Shown here: piece after piece, positions 26,376 to 40,765 of the stretch
Numbering within the stretch: the stretch's first letter is position 1
Layout of the letters: every line of letters starts with the position of its first letter
NCBI GenBank assembly: GCA_965649765.1
Contig: OZ287752.1
Span: forward strand, 79,670,001-79,734,000
Source: Bispira polyomma
Taxonomy: Eukaryota
DNA length: 64,000 nucleotides
Direction of reading: 5' to 3'
Position numbers and translations under genes: made by a program
Notes under the pieces: generated by a model
Told to the model about the DNA's origin: nothing
The model's database searches: none
Seen by the model: only the letters and a program-made list of their open reading frames with translations

Positions 26376-29138
26376 ATGTCGTTCATGTCTTGACTGACTT
26401 AATAATATAGCTCTTGGTAATCAGTATTTTTGAATATTGTTTTACATAATGTTAGAGTTATAATTATGGTAAAGTTGTTAAATTTCTAGTGTTATTTTTT
26501 GATAAGGGAAAGTGTTTACAAGTTTGAATGACTAGAATGAGATATATAAAAAAAAATCAAAAGTTTAAAACATATGAATCGTATTGGTTCTCAAATAAGG
26601 ATGAATTTACTTTTCATCCATTCTATCTGACATCTCTTGGTTGATTACTCAAAGTTTTGGGAAAGTTATAGTTGATTCTTTTCACCCTGAAGCTATTGTA
26701 GAATGTTGTGAAAGTCTACTTTGCAACAGCTTGCATGATTTGAATAAAAAATACATGCTTCTTTGGACGACGTTTGAGTTCAATAGACTGGCAATAGTAA
26801 CTTCAAATCTAAATGGTCCAAGATAGTTGGAAATATGTAATGCTAGCAAAGTAGATTTTAGCTATAATTAAAATATTATGTCAAAAACAAGAACTCCTTT
26901 TGAATAGTAGCAAAGCAGAGAGAAAGTAGACATACCTACCATCTGCTGGGTTCTTAAGAAATTTAGTTGCAACTTTTGAGGTTTAAATGAACAATATGGA
27001 AAAACATTTAACATTGAGTGACATTGTGGCTTTAGCAAGAATTACATTAGGGTCCCTTTAACCACGGGACCAACTCCTGATCAAAGGCCACAAACCAGTT
27101 TCTCTAGCTTAGGAGAGTCTATTTATTCAATGTTTAATTAACATGTACTTAAAATCATTTTTTGCACAGAAATATTACATGTGGAGTTCTCGCATAGACC
27201 TTTTATTGGATACAAATGCTGTGCATAGATATGTTATACTATCAGTATCTGCAGTTTTCTTTCTAAAAAGTATTGATAAGCTAATATCTCAAGTGGTTGG
27301 GAGCTGTGGTGTAACTTGACACAAGGACATAGCTGAGTCCCCAGATGTGCCATATTTTTTGTGTCGATATAGTTAGGGAGGTTGTTGATATTAGGCTTTT
27401 TCTGTGATTTTGTGTAGTTGTACAGATTCTATATTTTTGACTACTCCGTAGTGATAGATAACATCGGCACAGAAAGAGAGGCATACGAAACCATCAAATT
27501 TATATATCTTACTTCATGAAATGGCTGTATCTATGTGAATATTTAACCTAAATTTTTTTGTTCTGGTTTGACCAGAAAGCTAATTTTTTGTGCTTTTTGA
27601 TAGTTGAAACTGTTTTCAAATTTAATTTATATTATGCAAGATATTATCAGCTGAACTATTCAAGCCAAATTTGCAATAACCAAAAATTGAAAGGAACTCT
27701 ATTGGTTAAATTTGTATAGCCCTAGTTTATTAGCTACTTCTATATATTAAAACCTGGGATTATACAATTTGTGATTGTATTGATAGAATTAAAATACAAT
27801 TTATATTGGCTGAGATGTTTAAAAAAAAGAGATATGGTAAAAAATTTAAATGTTTTGGGTTATATTTATATTTAATAAAGTTTTATATCTCTGTATTTTC
27901 TAAAGCTAGAAATTCAAGGATTATATGTCCAGAAGGAGCAATTAATACACTCTGGGACGCTTTTAACAGAATAAAAATCCATTAAATATTAGCAGACATA
28001 TTTAAAGGCAAAAGATATACACATTCTACAATATGTAAAATACGTACCTTGTCTTCCTGGATCGCAATGAGAAGGCTTAGAATATTGCATCATTTGACAA
28101 AAATATTTGTGTCCATACATAGTGCCCACACAAAAAGGGAGTGGCTGATCTTGACAACGAAAATTTAAAACGATCGCTTAAAATAATAAAAGGTTCAATT
28201 TTTGCCTCCCATGCAAACTCGGCCCCTAATCCTGCATGTCTTGATGGACATGTCCAGCAAATTAGCTTTGATCAAATATCTGCCTTGCAGTTTCGCCTTT
28301 TAACTCTAATTATGGGTTCAAATCTTCAGTCTACTGCAGAATGCATGAGTTAAATTTAGTTGGGCTTTACATCACCTCTAATGGCATAATTATATCTCAT
28401 CACAGTGGGATTCAGGCCATTCTGTTCTTGTTTGTAGATATGATACATATTTCTATACATTAGTTATTGGAATTCAAGATGTTTAATGATCTTTCCATAT
28501 CAACCTATAATGTCTTATATAGTGTATATTTGACTGATATAAATACTGGTAACTGCTAACTGGTATTGCTGCTTGCACTAGATCTGATTATATATTGGAA
28601 CTCACCTAAAATATTGGAAAATATGCATGCACTTAAAATGTTTAATCTATTTTCATTGGTAGTGAATTGAGAATAGTCATTAGTTAAAAATAATGTCCCA
28701 GATATTTGTTCATTTTGTAATCTACAAAATTTTACCGGTTCAAAAGTGTTCATACTGTGCTGATTGTCAGTCATATTTTGTTGAGAAAGCTGATGCAAAA
28801 TGACCATATTTAACTGCTACAAGTTGTACTATCCCATTGTTGACAATTTGGCATATTGTAGCCATTATTGCTGTTTATATCAGTGGAACTGCTATTATCA
28901 GAACATGTTAGGAGAACAAGATTTTGTTTAGATAGAAGACGTTTTATAATTTCTGTTTGACACAAACTTGGGCGAGTGACAATGGAGTTCATAAAAGAAA
29001 TAGTTCTAATATGTTTGTGGTACAATACTAAATATGTCTCTGCTGTAATGACACACATACTTTATTTATAAAGCAAATGTTACTACAACTGTAAAGTCAA
29101 GTTTCTGACTCTTTTGTTTTGTTTATTTCTCTCCTCAG

Positions 29139-31314
29139 TGAAGAAATGAGGAAACCCCTAATACAGGAGTTGTGGAGCTCAGCAAATGCCCTTCGGATAC
29201 CTGCTTTGTGCAAAATGTTAAAGAGTTGTGATGATGTCAACCTTGCTATCCCATCTTCAATTCCAAATACACTTTGCATGTCTGTGAGTAAACATATACC
29301 TGCCAGAGTCAAAGATGAACCTTGTAACGACGACCATGACTCATTCAACACTAGTGAGGTAGCAAGGCTAGGCATAGTAAATAATCAAACTGGCTTGGAA
29401 TTGATGTCTGATTGCAAATTGAGTAATATATTGAAAGATGAAAGTGCAAGATTTATTTGCAATAGAGACATACCAAATCTTGCAACTGCTGAAAATGGGG
29501 GACCTAGTGACACTACATTGATTAAAGTAGAATCCTTGGAAAAAAGCTGGTCTGTATCTGAAAATGGCATAGACATGGGTGGTAGTGATTCTGATGATAC
29601 CATAGAATACTTTTCTGATGATAAACTTTCACAGGTGAGGAGACATGGTAAATTGCAGACATCTTCAAAGAGAGCAAGGGTCAGCAAGAATAGAAGTATA
29701 CACAAATCAGAAAGCAAAAGTGCTAAAAATCCACGTAAAAGTTTAGATCGTGTAAAAGGGAGAACATTGAAAAGCAGGAATGTTAAAGGTGTAAAAATAG
29801 AAAGGCATTCAGGAGACATGAAGTCAAAATGTGCTTATTGTGGTATGATATCTTACCACAGAAGAGTAAGACAACATACATACAAACAGCATTGTGATCA
29901 GTTTATGCCAAAAGAATCTGAGGAAGCTTCTGAAGTTCAGTTCAAAAAGCCATTGAAAATCAGGTGTTTAAGCTGTGGGGAAGAGGTAGAGAGGCGACAT
30001 TATGCAGTGCATTTACTGACTGATCACCCCACTAACACTGTCAGAAAAACTAATCGGGGTAGACACCATCAAGTCAAAGTAGGCTGTTTGTTCTGTGATA
30101 TTTCCATTAAGAATCGGAAGTATATGGAACACTTTGAACAGGTACACCCTGAAATGGGTTCTAACTTTAGCGAAACCAAATCAAATGTGGCAGTGCCCAA
30201 GTTCCTTGATCGTGCAAACATTAAAAGAGTGGATGGTTTGATGATGTTTGCGTGTGTCTATTGTGAAACAGATGAAATCAAACTTACCTTTAAGGAGTAT
30301 ATATCACACGTGTTAGAGTGCCATCCTAAGTTTGATGAAATTGACGTTAAAAAGATTGAAACTGGCCTGGCAGAGAAAACTGAGAACAAGGAAGAGATAG
30401 AAAAAGCCAAGTATCTTTACATAGACAGGAGTAGATACCTGCCAGAAGTCCCACAACACCCCAAAGAGTATGTATGTTTCCTGTGTGAGCAGAAAGTGCC
30501 TAATAGGAAGGCATACTTCCAGCATGCAGTGGACCAGCATGGGTTTAAGAAAGGAAAAATGGTTATGTGCCCATATTGTTATACGTTATTCTCAAGCTAT
30601 CTAACAAAAATAAATCACGAGGATGAGACCCATGCCATTGAGAAATACATGTGTGAAACATGTGGCAAGGACTTTGTGAGATCATCTTCTCTGAAGATAC
30701 ACAAAGAACATGTCCATTTGGGTTATGTAAAGGAGTGTGTGCTGAGGTACAAGCGGAAGCCAAAGAACTTGCTGTGCAACCAATGCGGTTCTTCATACAA
30801 GACCACCTGGAGTCTGAACTACCATATTACAACAAAGCACAATCAGGAGAGGAACTTTGTATGTTCCCAGTGTAAGAAAGCCTTCTCTCATGCCAATGGT
30901 CTCAGGAGACATGAAAAGACGCACATGAGTGCTAACAGCAGAAAGTTTTCCTGCACTTTCTGCACATTCAAAACCAACAGATGCATTGACATGAAGAGCC
31001 ATTTGAGAATACACACGGGTGAGAAACCTTATAAGTGCAACTTGTGTGATTGCCGGTTTCGAATTGGTTTGACGCTAAGGTCGCATCTAGAAAATAAACA
31101 TGATATTAAACAAACTGGTCAGGGAGTCTTTCAGAAGTATTACCAACCTGAACATGGGCAGAAAAGTGAAGCAACAAGAATCCTAGAAAGCATGTGTGTG
31201 GAATCTGAGGAAGATCTTGAATTGCCATTCTCAAGGACCCCTGCAGATGATCAGGACATTGGACCAATCTCTGAGGACTTTGGTCTGAAAGAAGTAGAAT
31301 TTCCCCAGTTTTAG
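29139..31314 (+). CDS. Zinc-finger coding exon, copy 6
   Basis: Acceptor AG 29137-29138, ATG 29146, phase 2; intact fingers, short in-frame deletions. Confidence 0.92.
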
Positions 31315-33528
31315 AATTCTTTCGTGTCTTGACTGACTTAGTAATATAGCCCTTGGTAATCAGTATTTTTGAACATTGTTTACATGGTGTTAGAGTTATA
31401 TTTATGGTAAAGTTGTTTAAATTACTGGTCTTTTTTTATAAGGGAAATAATTTACAAGTTTGAATGACTTGAATGAGACATCAAAAGAAAAACTTAATCA
31501 AAACTTTAAAACATGTGAATCGAATCTGTCCTTAAATAAAGTTGAATTCACTTTTTAACCATCCTAGCTGACATCTGTTTGTTGATTACTCAAAATTTTA
31601 GGCAAGTTATAGTTGATTCTCTTCACCCTGAATCTAATGTAGAATGTTGTGCAAGTCTCCTTCACAACAACTTGCATAATTTGGAGGTTTAAATTGCACT
31701 AAATCAATAATAGTAACTTTAAAACTAAATTGTTTATGATAGTAGGAAATATGTAATGCTAAGAAAGTAGTTTTTAGCTAGAATATAAAACGGAGAGAAA
31801 GAAGAGAGAAACTGGACATAAATATACAAGTCATTAATTTACATTACAAATAAGATGTACATAATCCATTTTGTAAAGTTCACAACTTGTTGATACTATC
31901 TTTGTTTAAGTCACTAGCATACCGGTATTAGGTTATTTATATGTCTTTTAAATCGGCGTTAATCCAAAGAGTTTAAGTTCTAATATTGTATACCTAACCT
32001 GCTCTAAAATAGAATATGCTTGGTGTAATCGTATAATGACTAGATTACTGAAGCCTACAAGGGAGATTGTTTGTGAATTTTTTTGATTAATTTGTAGTGT
32101 CAATTTTAGTTTTGTAAAATGTGTTAAGGTCACCAAAAATACATAGGCATATGCCTATTTTAAAAGTGAAACATAGTGGAAAGACTTATTCCATGCAATA
32201 ATTAATAAATTGCATTTATTACTTGGCCACCTGGTGAGTTCTTAAAGAACTTTTAGCAGCAGCAGGTTTAAATGAACAATATATAAAAATAGTTGACATT
32301 GAGAGACCATTGTGGCTTCAGCAAGAATTAAATTTCGTTCCCTATTATCACTGCATTAACTCCCTTACCGCCACGCCATAAACCAATATCTCACAAGTTA
32401 GGAGCAACGATCCATACATCCATCGAGTCACTAGATGTGCCATATTTTTTTGTGTCTATAGTTAGGGAGGTTGTTGATATTAGGCTTTTTTTGTGATTTT
32501 TTCGGCATGTCCATTCCTAATGTTTGATGGTTTCATTTCGTGTTAGTTTCTGTACCGAGTACCAAACTCCATTGTGCTTTGTGATTCTAGATTTATAAAA
32601 AATTAAATATGAAGGGACTACTGTGTAGTTGTATACATTATATATTTTTGATAACTGTGTAGTGATACAGAACGTCACAACAGTGGAGGCGTATACTAAA
32701 CCATCCAATTCATATATGTTACTTCATTAAATGGCTTGATATATGTGATTATCCACCAGAAGACTAATGTTTTGTGCTGTTCGACAGTTCCAACTGTTTT
32801 CAAATCTCCTGAATATTATGAAGGAATTTGTAAGAAAAATTTGCAACAAAAAATTGTGTTAGATATTTACTACTTGTATGTATTAAAATCTGGGATCACA
32901 CACTTTGTATTTATGTTTACAGAATTAAAATGCAATTAATTTTGTATTAGACATTAAACTAAAAATGATTGTAAAAATCTAAAAGTTGAAATGATTGCTT
33001 ATATTTTTAAGTTCGCCCAATAATTTATGGTAAAATATTTCTATAATAATTGTAGAATTCTAGAATTCCCCTTATTTCCTCAATTTTAAAAAGTACTTCT
33101 AAATAAAATTAGTCTGTAATTTTTTGTTTTGTATAATATATACCAATAGAAAGGTGTACCGATCGACAGGTCATCCAAAAACTATGCAGATCTTAAAGAA
33201 TTTTTTTTTTAAAGTTTTTCTTTTCAACATTACCTTCATTATTTATTTCGGAACTAGATTTTCTTACTGGCATGTACTCTTACACAGAAATACCTGTATT
33301 CATACAGAGGACTGGGAATTTTAGAATACTTCTTTAGGATTATATGAAAATGGCATTTGTGAAAGTACACAATAAGAGGTAACAAATTGTTTAGCTTAAG
33401 TATTCACTTAATTGGAAAATAAAGCACTACTGTACTTGTAGTGCAATGCTAAAATATGTCTGCTGTAATGACACATATTCTGTAAAGTCAAGTTTCTGAC
33501 GCTTTGTTTTCTTTGTTTCTCTCCTCAG

Positions 33529-35725
33529 TGATCAAATGAGGAAACCCTTAATACAGGAGTTGTGGAGCTCAGCAAATACCCTTCGGATACCTGCTTTGTG
33601 CAAAATGTTAGAGAGTTGTGATGATGTCAACCTTGCTATCCCATCTTCAATTCCAAATACACTTTGCATGTCTGTGAGTAAACATATACCTGCTGGGGTC
33701 AAAGATGAACCTTGTAATGATGACCAGGACTCAATCAACACTAGTGAGGTAGCAAGGCTAGGCATAGTAAATAATGAAACTGGCACACCATCATTGTCCG
33801 ATTGCAAATTAAGTAATATATTGAAAGAAGAAAATGCCAGATTTATTTGCAATAGAGACATACCAAATCTTGCCACTGCTGAAAATGGGGGACCTAGTGA
33901 CACTACATTGATTAAAGTAGAATCCTTTGAAAAAAACTGGTCTGTATCTGAAAACGACACAGACATGGGTGGTAGTGATTCTGATGATACCATAGAATAC
34001 TTTTCTGATGATAAACTTTCACAGGGAAAGAGCCATGGTAAATTGCAGACATCTTCTAAGAGAGCAAGGGTCAGCAAGAATAGAAGTAAACATGAATCAG
34101 GAAGAAGTACTAAAAGTCCTCATAAAAGTGTCGATAATGTAAAAGGGAAAACATTGAAACGCAGGAGTGTTAAGGGTGTGAAAGTAGAAGGGCATTTAGG
34201 AGACATGAAGTCAAAATGTGCTTATTGTGGTATCATTTCATTTCACACCGTAGTAAGAAGACATACATATGAGCAACATTATGATCAGTTTATGCCAACA
34301 GAATCTGAGGAAGCCTCTGAAGTTCAGTGCAAAAAGCCATTGAAAATCAGGTGTTTAAGCTGTGGGGAAGAGGTAGAAAGGCGACATTATGCAGTGCATT
34401 TACTGACTGATCACCCCACTGACACTGTCAGAAAAACTGATCATGGTAGACACCTTAAAGTTAAAGTAGGCTGTTTGTTTTGTGAAATCTCCATTAAGAA
34501 TCGGAAGTATATGGAACACTTTGAACAGGTACACCCTGAAATGGGTTCTAAGTTCAGCGAAACCAAATCAAATGTGGCAGCTCCCAAGTTTCTTGATCGT
34601 GTAAACATTCCTGAACTTAAAAGAGTGGAGCATTTGATGATGTTTGCATGTGTCTATTGTGAAACAGATGAAATAAAATTTACCTTTGAGGAGTACAAGT
34701 CTCACGTGTTAGAGTGCCATCCTAAGTTTTATGAAGTGAATATTAAAAACATTTCTAATCTTCATGATAAGATTGAAACTGGCCTGGCAGAGAAAAGTAA
34801 GAAGAAAGAAGAGATAGAAAAAGCCAAGTATCTTCACATAGACAGGAGTAGATACCTGCCAGAAGTTCCACCCCATCCTAAAGAGTATGTCTGCTTCCTG
34901 TGTCAGCAGAAACTGCCTAATAGAAAGGCTTACTACCAGCATGCAATGGACCAGCATGGGTTTAAGAGAAGAAAAACTGTTATGTGCCCATATTGTTATA
35001 TCTTATTTTCAAGCCATCATACCAAAAGAAGCCACGAAGACGAAGCCCATGCTATTGAGAAGTACATGTGTGAAACATGTGGCAAGGACTTTGTGCGGTC
35101 GTCTTCTCTGAAGATACACAAAGAACATGTCCATTTGGGCTATGTACAAGAGTGTGTACTGAGGTACAAGCGGCAGCCAAAGAACTTGCTGTGCAATCAA
35201 TGCGGTTCTTCATTTAAGACCACCTGGAGGCTTAACTACCATATTGCAACGAAGCACAACAAGGAGAGGAACTTTGTATGTTCCCAGTGTGACAAATCCT
35301 TCTTACATTCGGCTAGCCTCAAGCAACACGAAAAGACGCACATTAGTGCAAACAACAGAAAGTTTTCCTGCACATTCTGTACATTCAAAACCAACAGACG
35401 CCATGACTTGGAGAGCCATTTGAGAATACACACTGGTGAGAAACCATATAGGTGCAACTTGTGTGATTGCCGGTTTCGAATTAGTTTGACGCTAAGGTCG
35501 CATCTGGAAAATAAACATGATATAAAACTTACTGGTCAGGGAGTCTTTCAGAAGTATTACCAGCCTGAACATGGGCAGAAAAGTGAGGCAACAAGAATTA
35601 TAGAGAGGATGTGCTTGGAATCTGAGGAAGGCCTGGAATTACCATTCTCGAGGACCACTGCAGATGATCAGGACATTGGACCAATTTCTGAGAATTTTCG
35701 TCTGAAAGAAGTAGAATTTCCCTAG
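33529..35725 (+). CDS. Zinc-finger coding exon, copy 7
   Basis: 729-aa paralog (ATG 33536); acceptor AG 33527-33528, phase 2; CAG>TAG removes the last 2 residues. Confidence 0.92.
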
Positions 35726-37492
35726 CTTTAAAATTTTTTCATGTCTTGACAGACTTGGTAATATAGCTCTTTGTAATAGGTATTTCTGAAAATTGTGTTT
35801 ATTATATAGTGGTGAATTAGCCAAATTACTGGTGGCAGTTTTTTTATAAGGAAAAGCATTTACAAGTTTGAATGACTAGAATGGGACATACCAACGAAAA
35901 GTCGAATCAAAACTTTAAAACATGTGAATCATAAACATCAAATAAGGTTGAATTGACTTTTAGCCATCCTAGCTGACATATTTTTTGTTGATTTGTTTTT
36001 AGGTTTGTTGGCTTCACCCTGAAGCTAAGCTAGAATATTGTTCAAGTTTACTTTGCATCATTTGGATCAAAAGTCATGCCATTTGTTTCTGTGGACAGGG
36101 TTTAAGTTACACTAGTTCTTGATTCCTAGTATAAATAGAATATACATGGAGTATCTTGTGAAGTTCAGTATTAGGTAATGTTGCGATGGTTTTAAGTCAT
36201 TAGCATAGGTTATTTATGTGTCCTAATCGAAAACTGTGAGCTTCAAAAAGATTTCAAGTTCTAATATTGTATTTCTAATCTAATCTAAATCAAAGATGCA
36301 TGGTGTAATCATATAATGGATGGATTATTGAAACCTACATGGCCAATTGTGTGATTAATTGATGGGGCTATTTTCTATTGATGCCAATTGTAGGTGTGTA
36401 AAATATGTCGAGCTTAAAACTTACTAGAAATACTTCAAATATATAGACATGAGTGTATGCATACACCTGTACACAAGAAAAGGTTTAAAAGTAAAACACA
36501 CTACATAAACTCACTGCATCTGTTGCGTGAATTACCTTACCATCCAGTAGGGAGTTCTTAATGCATGTTACGCAAAGCTTTGTACGCCTACGAAAACACT
36601 TGCCTTTCATTCTAGTGCAGAATATAAAGAATCTTCCAGGATCTGGTCCTTTTGCTTGTTTTGGACATTTTGCGTTCAACATGCAGATGTTTTATCTGAC
36701 GATTACCTCATTTTGTGACAATTTAGGCTGCCCTTTTAACAATTAATACATATACCTCATTAAGTAAACTGGTTTATGGATCAATCCATACTTTGAAAGA
36801 TCTAACTTGATTTTATAATGGGGTGACTCACTGACTTGGATTCCAATCGCTATGTACATGTTTATGGAATAGTTGGAGAAGTTGCGTCAAAATTTCCACT
36901 TTTAATACCTGCCAATCAATTTCATTGCTGTCCTCTGGGTGTGTGTATTCAAAATTTAATTGTCAGACTGAAGCAGATTCATCAGTATAAATTTTTTTTA
37001 TGAAGTTCTGTTTTAATAGATTAAAAAATTTCTAGTGTTGTCATACAAGATAGTGATATCACTGTACTTTTGAGCATTAAAATGTAATCGGTCATAATTT
37101 ATAACTACAATATTTGTGTATTTTATTTGGTTAGGTTGCTAGTTTGTTTTACTGATGTAAGGTTTATTATTTATGCAACTGTTTTAGTGCAGTATTCAAA
37201 CGTAGCCTTTCTAGTACAAATCCTTAAAAATTGTTTGGATTGTGTGGTAGTGATAAGGTTGTGTTTATTTGGTTCTAGTTTATACTAACTAGTAATGATA
37301 GGTGAAAGAAACTTTAGAAAGCTGATATCAGGCATGTTCATTTTGAGGATATATACATGCCCACGTAAGGCCATCAGTTTTTTAGAACTTTTGAAATGTT
37401 CTGTCTGGGGTGATGGTACACATATTGAACAAGGATATTTAATTTAGGTAAAAATTTAAAGTACTCTTTGTTTTTTGTTTCTGTCCCCTCAG

Positions 37493-39923
37493 CTTTATGG
37501 ATGAATGCAGACTTATACAGGAGATAAAAGACTTAGTGACTGTTCTACAGGTTACAGAGATGCTTGAAAATATGCTTGAACATGTGATAAAAACTGCCAT
37601 GAAGGAAACCATGACCAAGCCATGTTCTATACAATTGGATAGGCTAACCACCGTATCATCAAGAAAGAACACTTCCAAGGAAGCCAGTGCTGTTAGTAGG
37701 GCTGTCGAAAATGTTGTGAAAAATATCAAGTCAGAATGTGGCGAAGCAGAGCAAGTTGGAGCAACAAAAGTCAAGCTAAAGAGAAGAATGTCGGACGATC
37801 CGACTAATGCTGAAACTGGTGGGAACGAAGAGATGAAGGAATTTATGGAAGATGCTTTGCAAGGCTCTGACTATCACAGTGATTCTAGTGACACAGTGGA
37901 CTATTTTTCCGATGACCCAGACTATGAGGTAACTAAGCCAAAGCCAAGAAAGCTGAAAAAGGCTGTCTTGAATGTGGCCACATTGGATTCAAATAGTACT
38001 ACTGAACCTATTGAATTGCCCAGCGGAACAGAGCCCAAATTACCAAAATCAAGTTTGGTAAAGGCAAAATGCAGTTTGTGTGGAATGATATCAAGATATG
38101 ACGTTATGAGAAGACATGTTTATGAGCAGCACTTGGATGAGTTTGTGCACAAGAAAAGTGTGGTCAAAGAGCTTGTAAAGATCAGATGTTTGGTGTGCAG
38201 AGAGGAAATCGCTAGAAACGATTATGATGTGCACCTGTTGCTTCAACATCCCGCCCCAGTGGAAAAGAAGACAAACCGCGGGCGCTACCACAAGATGAAA
38301 GTGGGCTGTTTGTACTGCAACATAGTCGTGAGAAATGTGTTCTATATGGAGCACTTAAAAAATGCTCATCCTGAAGAGGCACAGAAATTTGTGGAGCCAA
38401 AACCCAGGAGCATCGGTCCAAAGTTTGAACATGCTAGAGTGGGTGATGTCAATGCTGTCATTCATTTGTTATTTGTGACGTGTGTATATTGTGAAAACCC
38501 CACAGAAGTAAGTTGTGACCAGTACAAGGCCCATGTTCTCGAGTACCATCCAAATTATGCTGACGTACATATCAGTAACATCAACACCACCCGGGCAGTG
38601 CCAAATACTACACCCGATCAGATAGTAAGGCCTACCAAAGAGATGACCGAAAAAGCCAAGTATCTGTTTGTTGATAGAAGCAGGTATCTTCCTGAAAAAC
38701 CCCCTCCGCCGGACGTCTACGTCTGCAATCTTTGTGGTGAAGGATGTCGATATAGAAAGTACTTCTACGATCATGCCAGACAAAAACACGGCTTCAAGAA
38801 GGTCAATAGCTGTAATTTTTGCCACAAGCTGTTCAGAACTGGGGCAGAAAAGATAAACCATGAAGACGAGAACCACGCAAAAGAAAAGTACTTGTGTGAA
38901 ACTTGTGGGAAGGACTTTGTAAGGTCAACATCTCTGAAAATTCACAAGGCAAATGTTCACCTTGGCCTGATACGAAACTGTGAACTCTTCAAGAAGAAGC
39001 CTTTGCGGAAGGAAAATCTGTTGTGTAGCTACTGTGGCGTATCCTACAACAGAGCGTCCAGCCTGGCAAACCATATTGCATCTAAGCACCATAAAGTGAG
39101 GAAGTTCAAGTGTAACTTCTGCAACAAGGCTTTTTTTAGCAGCAGTTCCATGCGGACGCATAAAAAAATACACATGGAAGTCACAAAGAGGAAGTATGCC
39201 TGCCCATTCTGCTCGTACAGAAATAACAGACGCCATGTGATGCACGCCCACCTGAGAATCCACACTGGTGAGAAGCCTTTTAGGTGCAGCCTTTGTGGGA
39301 GTCGTTTTCGGATCAGTTTGACCCTCAGGTGGCACCTGGAAAATAAGCACGACATGAAACTAACCGGCCAAGGAGTCTTTCAGGAGTATTACGAGCCTGA
39401 AAACGGGGAACATAGTGAAGCCACCCGGATACTTGAGAGCATGCCCAGCGACTCAGAAGATGAAGAAGGTCTGAAGTTTAGCCTGGGAAAAGTAGACAAT
39501 ATGACACGAGAGGAGGAACTCAGCCAAGAAGAGATCGTCTTTATGGAAAACCACGAAGCTAAGATTGCCCATTCGTCTTCTGTGGCCGCCGCTGCCGCTG
39601 CTGCAACTACTAGTAGTAATAGTAGCAGTAGTACAACAACTGAGCTCAGGGAAGGGCAGAGGGCTGAGAGTCAAAGAGAAGAGTCGACCGCAGTCAAAAC
39701 TCTAATGGATAACTCTCTGAGTGGACAAGGTGACGAGCGCCTGCCATTGATGCATCCGCCAGTTTCTGAACAGTTGGAGGAGGTGACTGAAGCCTTCGAT
39801 AGTAGAAGGACCCAGCTTATGCACAACCAAGCCACTTCTAGTAGCCAGAATAGTGCCGAGAATGAACCGTCGTATTACCCCTATGCTGCAGTTTATCAGC
39901 CACCCTATAATATGTATTATTAA
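37493..39923 (+). CDS. Diverged zinc-finger coding exon, copy 8
   Basis: 808-aa ORF with the same 4+7 finger layout. Pyrimidine tract and CAG (AG 37491-37492); opens C-TTT-ATG (phase 2). N-terminus LIQEIKDLVTVLQVTEM; Ala/Ser/Glu-rich tail. Confidence 0.92.
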
Positions 39924-40568
39924 GATTTGAGGGCGACAACATGACATGGCATATACACGTATAGTAGTTGAATGGTCGTCATAGGATATGATGCATGCGG
40001 TTGTTTAGTTAAGGGGTGTGGGTGTAATGGACGGGGTAATATCGTGATTATCAAAAATGTGATGTGACAGTATCAGATCCTACATATATATATGATCATT
40101 GTCATCATCAAAAAAAAAGAACAGAAGATGCCATTTACAAATGATTGAGAGCTGTCGACAACTATATGGGTTAAAGTTAGAACCATGGCACAGATGTAGA
40201 TATGAATTATCAGTCTCATCGTATTTTGGCCTTTAATCTAGGAGTTATAACCTTGACCTTACTTGTAACTAAAAACAAAGACTGTGTATATGAGGGCTGA
40301 ATTATGTAAAGATAGTTGTGAATGATAATAAAAGTGCAATATCTAGTGTGTTGAAAATAAAAAAAAATGTAAAGAAAAATGGAATTAATGTTTCATCTAA
40401 ATTAAAAATAATTAAATGTCAAGACATTGCAATTTGTCCACATAAATGGTAGGTTACACTATGTTTTTACATATATCAATCCGATGTTTGTTGTAAATAT
40501 GTTTGTTATATAAAGACACAGTCTGTGCCTGGTCTGCCAAATAACACTTGTACTAAAAGGCCGAGGTA

Positions 40569-40765
40569 GGGCCGTGTTGACCTAGTGGTTTGAAGCACCT
40601 GCTTAACCCTCGCTGGCCTCTACCCAATGTTCGCTCCTTCAAGTGGAAAGGTATGTCCGGTACTTGCCATAGGTTTTCAGCAGTGGTTTCTCCCACCATT
40701 GAATCTGGCCTTTGTGATGTGACCTAAGCGTTGTTGCAAGCGACGTAAAACCCACTAAATTCAAA
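40569..40765 (+). mobile_element. tRNA-derived SINE (V-SINE-like 3' part)
   Basis: A-box-like TGACCTAGTGG head; GGTTTCTCCCACCA..CTGGCC..GTTGTTGCAAGCGACGTAAAACCC tail resembles mollusc SINE 3' ends (from memory, not searched). Confidence 0.6.

Noticed and set aside
958-35725. Array as an assembly artefact or set of processed retrocopies
   Set aside because: Copies differ by many substitutions, indels and TE insertions, retain intron acceptors and flanks, and lack poly(A) tails or TSDs.
36700-36745. FCD tripeptide as a possible BTB N-terminal exon before copy 8
   Set aside because: Followed by NLGCPFNN and a stop; no AHR/VLAA-like motif and no donor.
886-39947. Recurrent antisense and alternate-frame ORFs (MSPKCL.., MWQGLC.., MLVH..) over each zinc-finger copy
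   Set aside because: Shadows of the duplicated coding sequence; lengths vary and no domains are recognisable.
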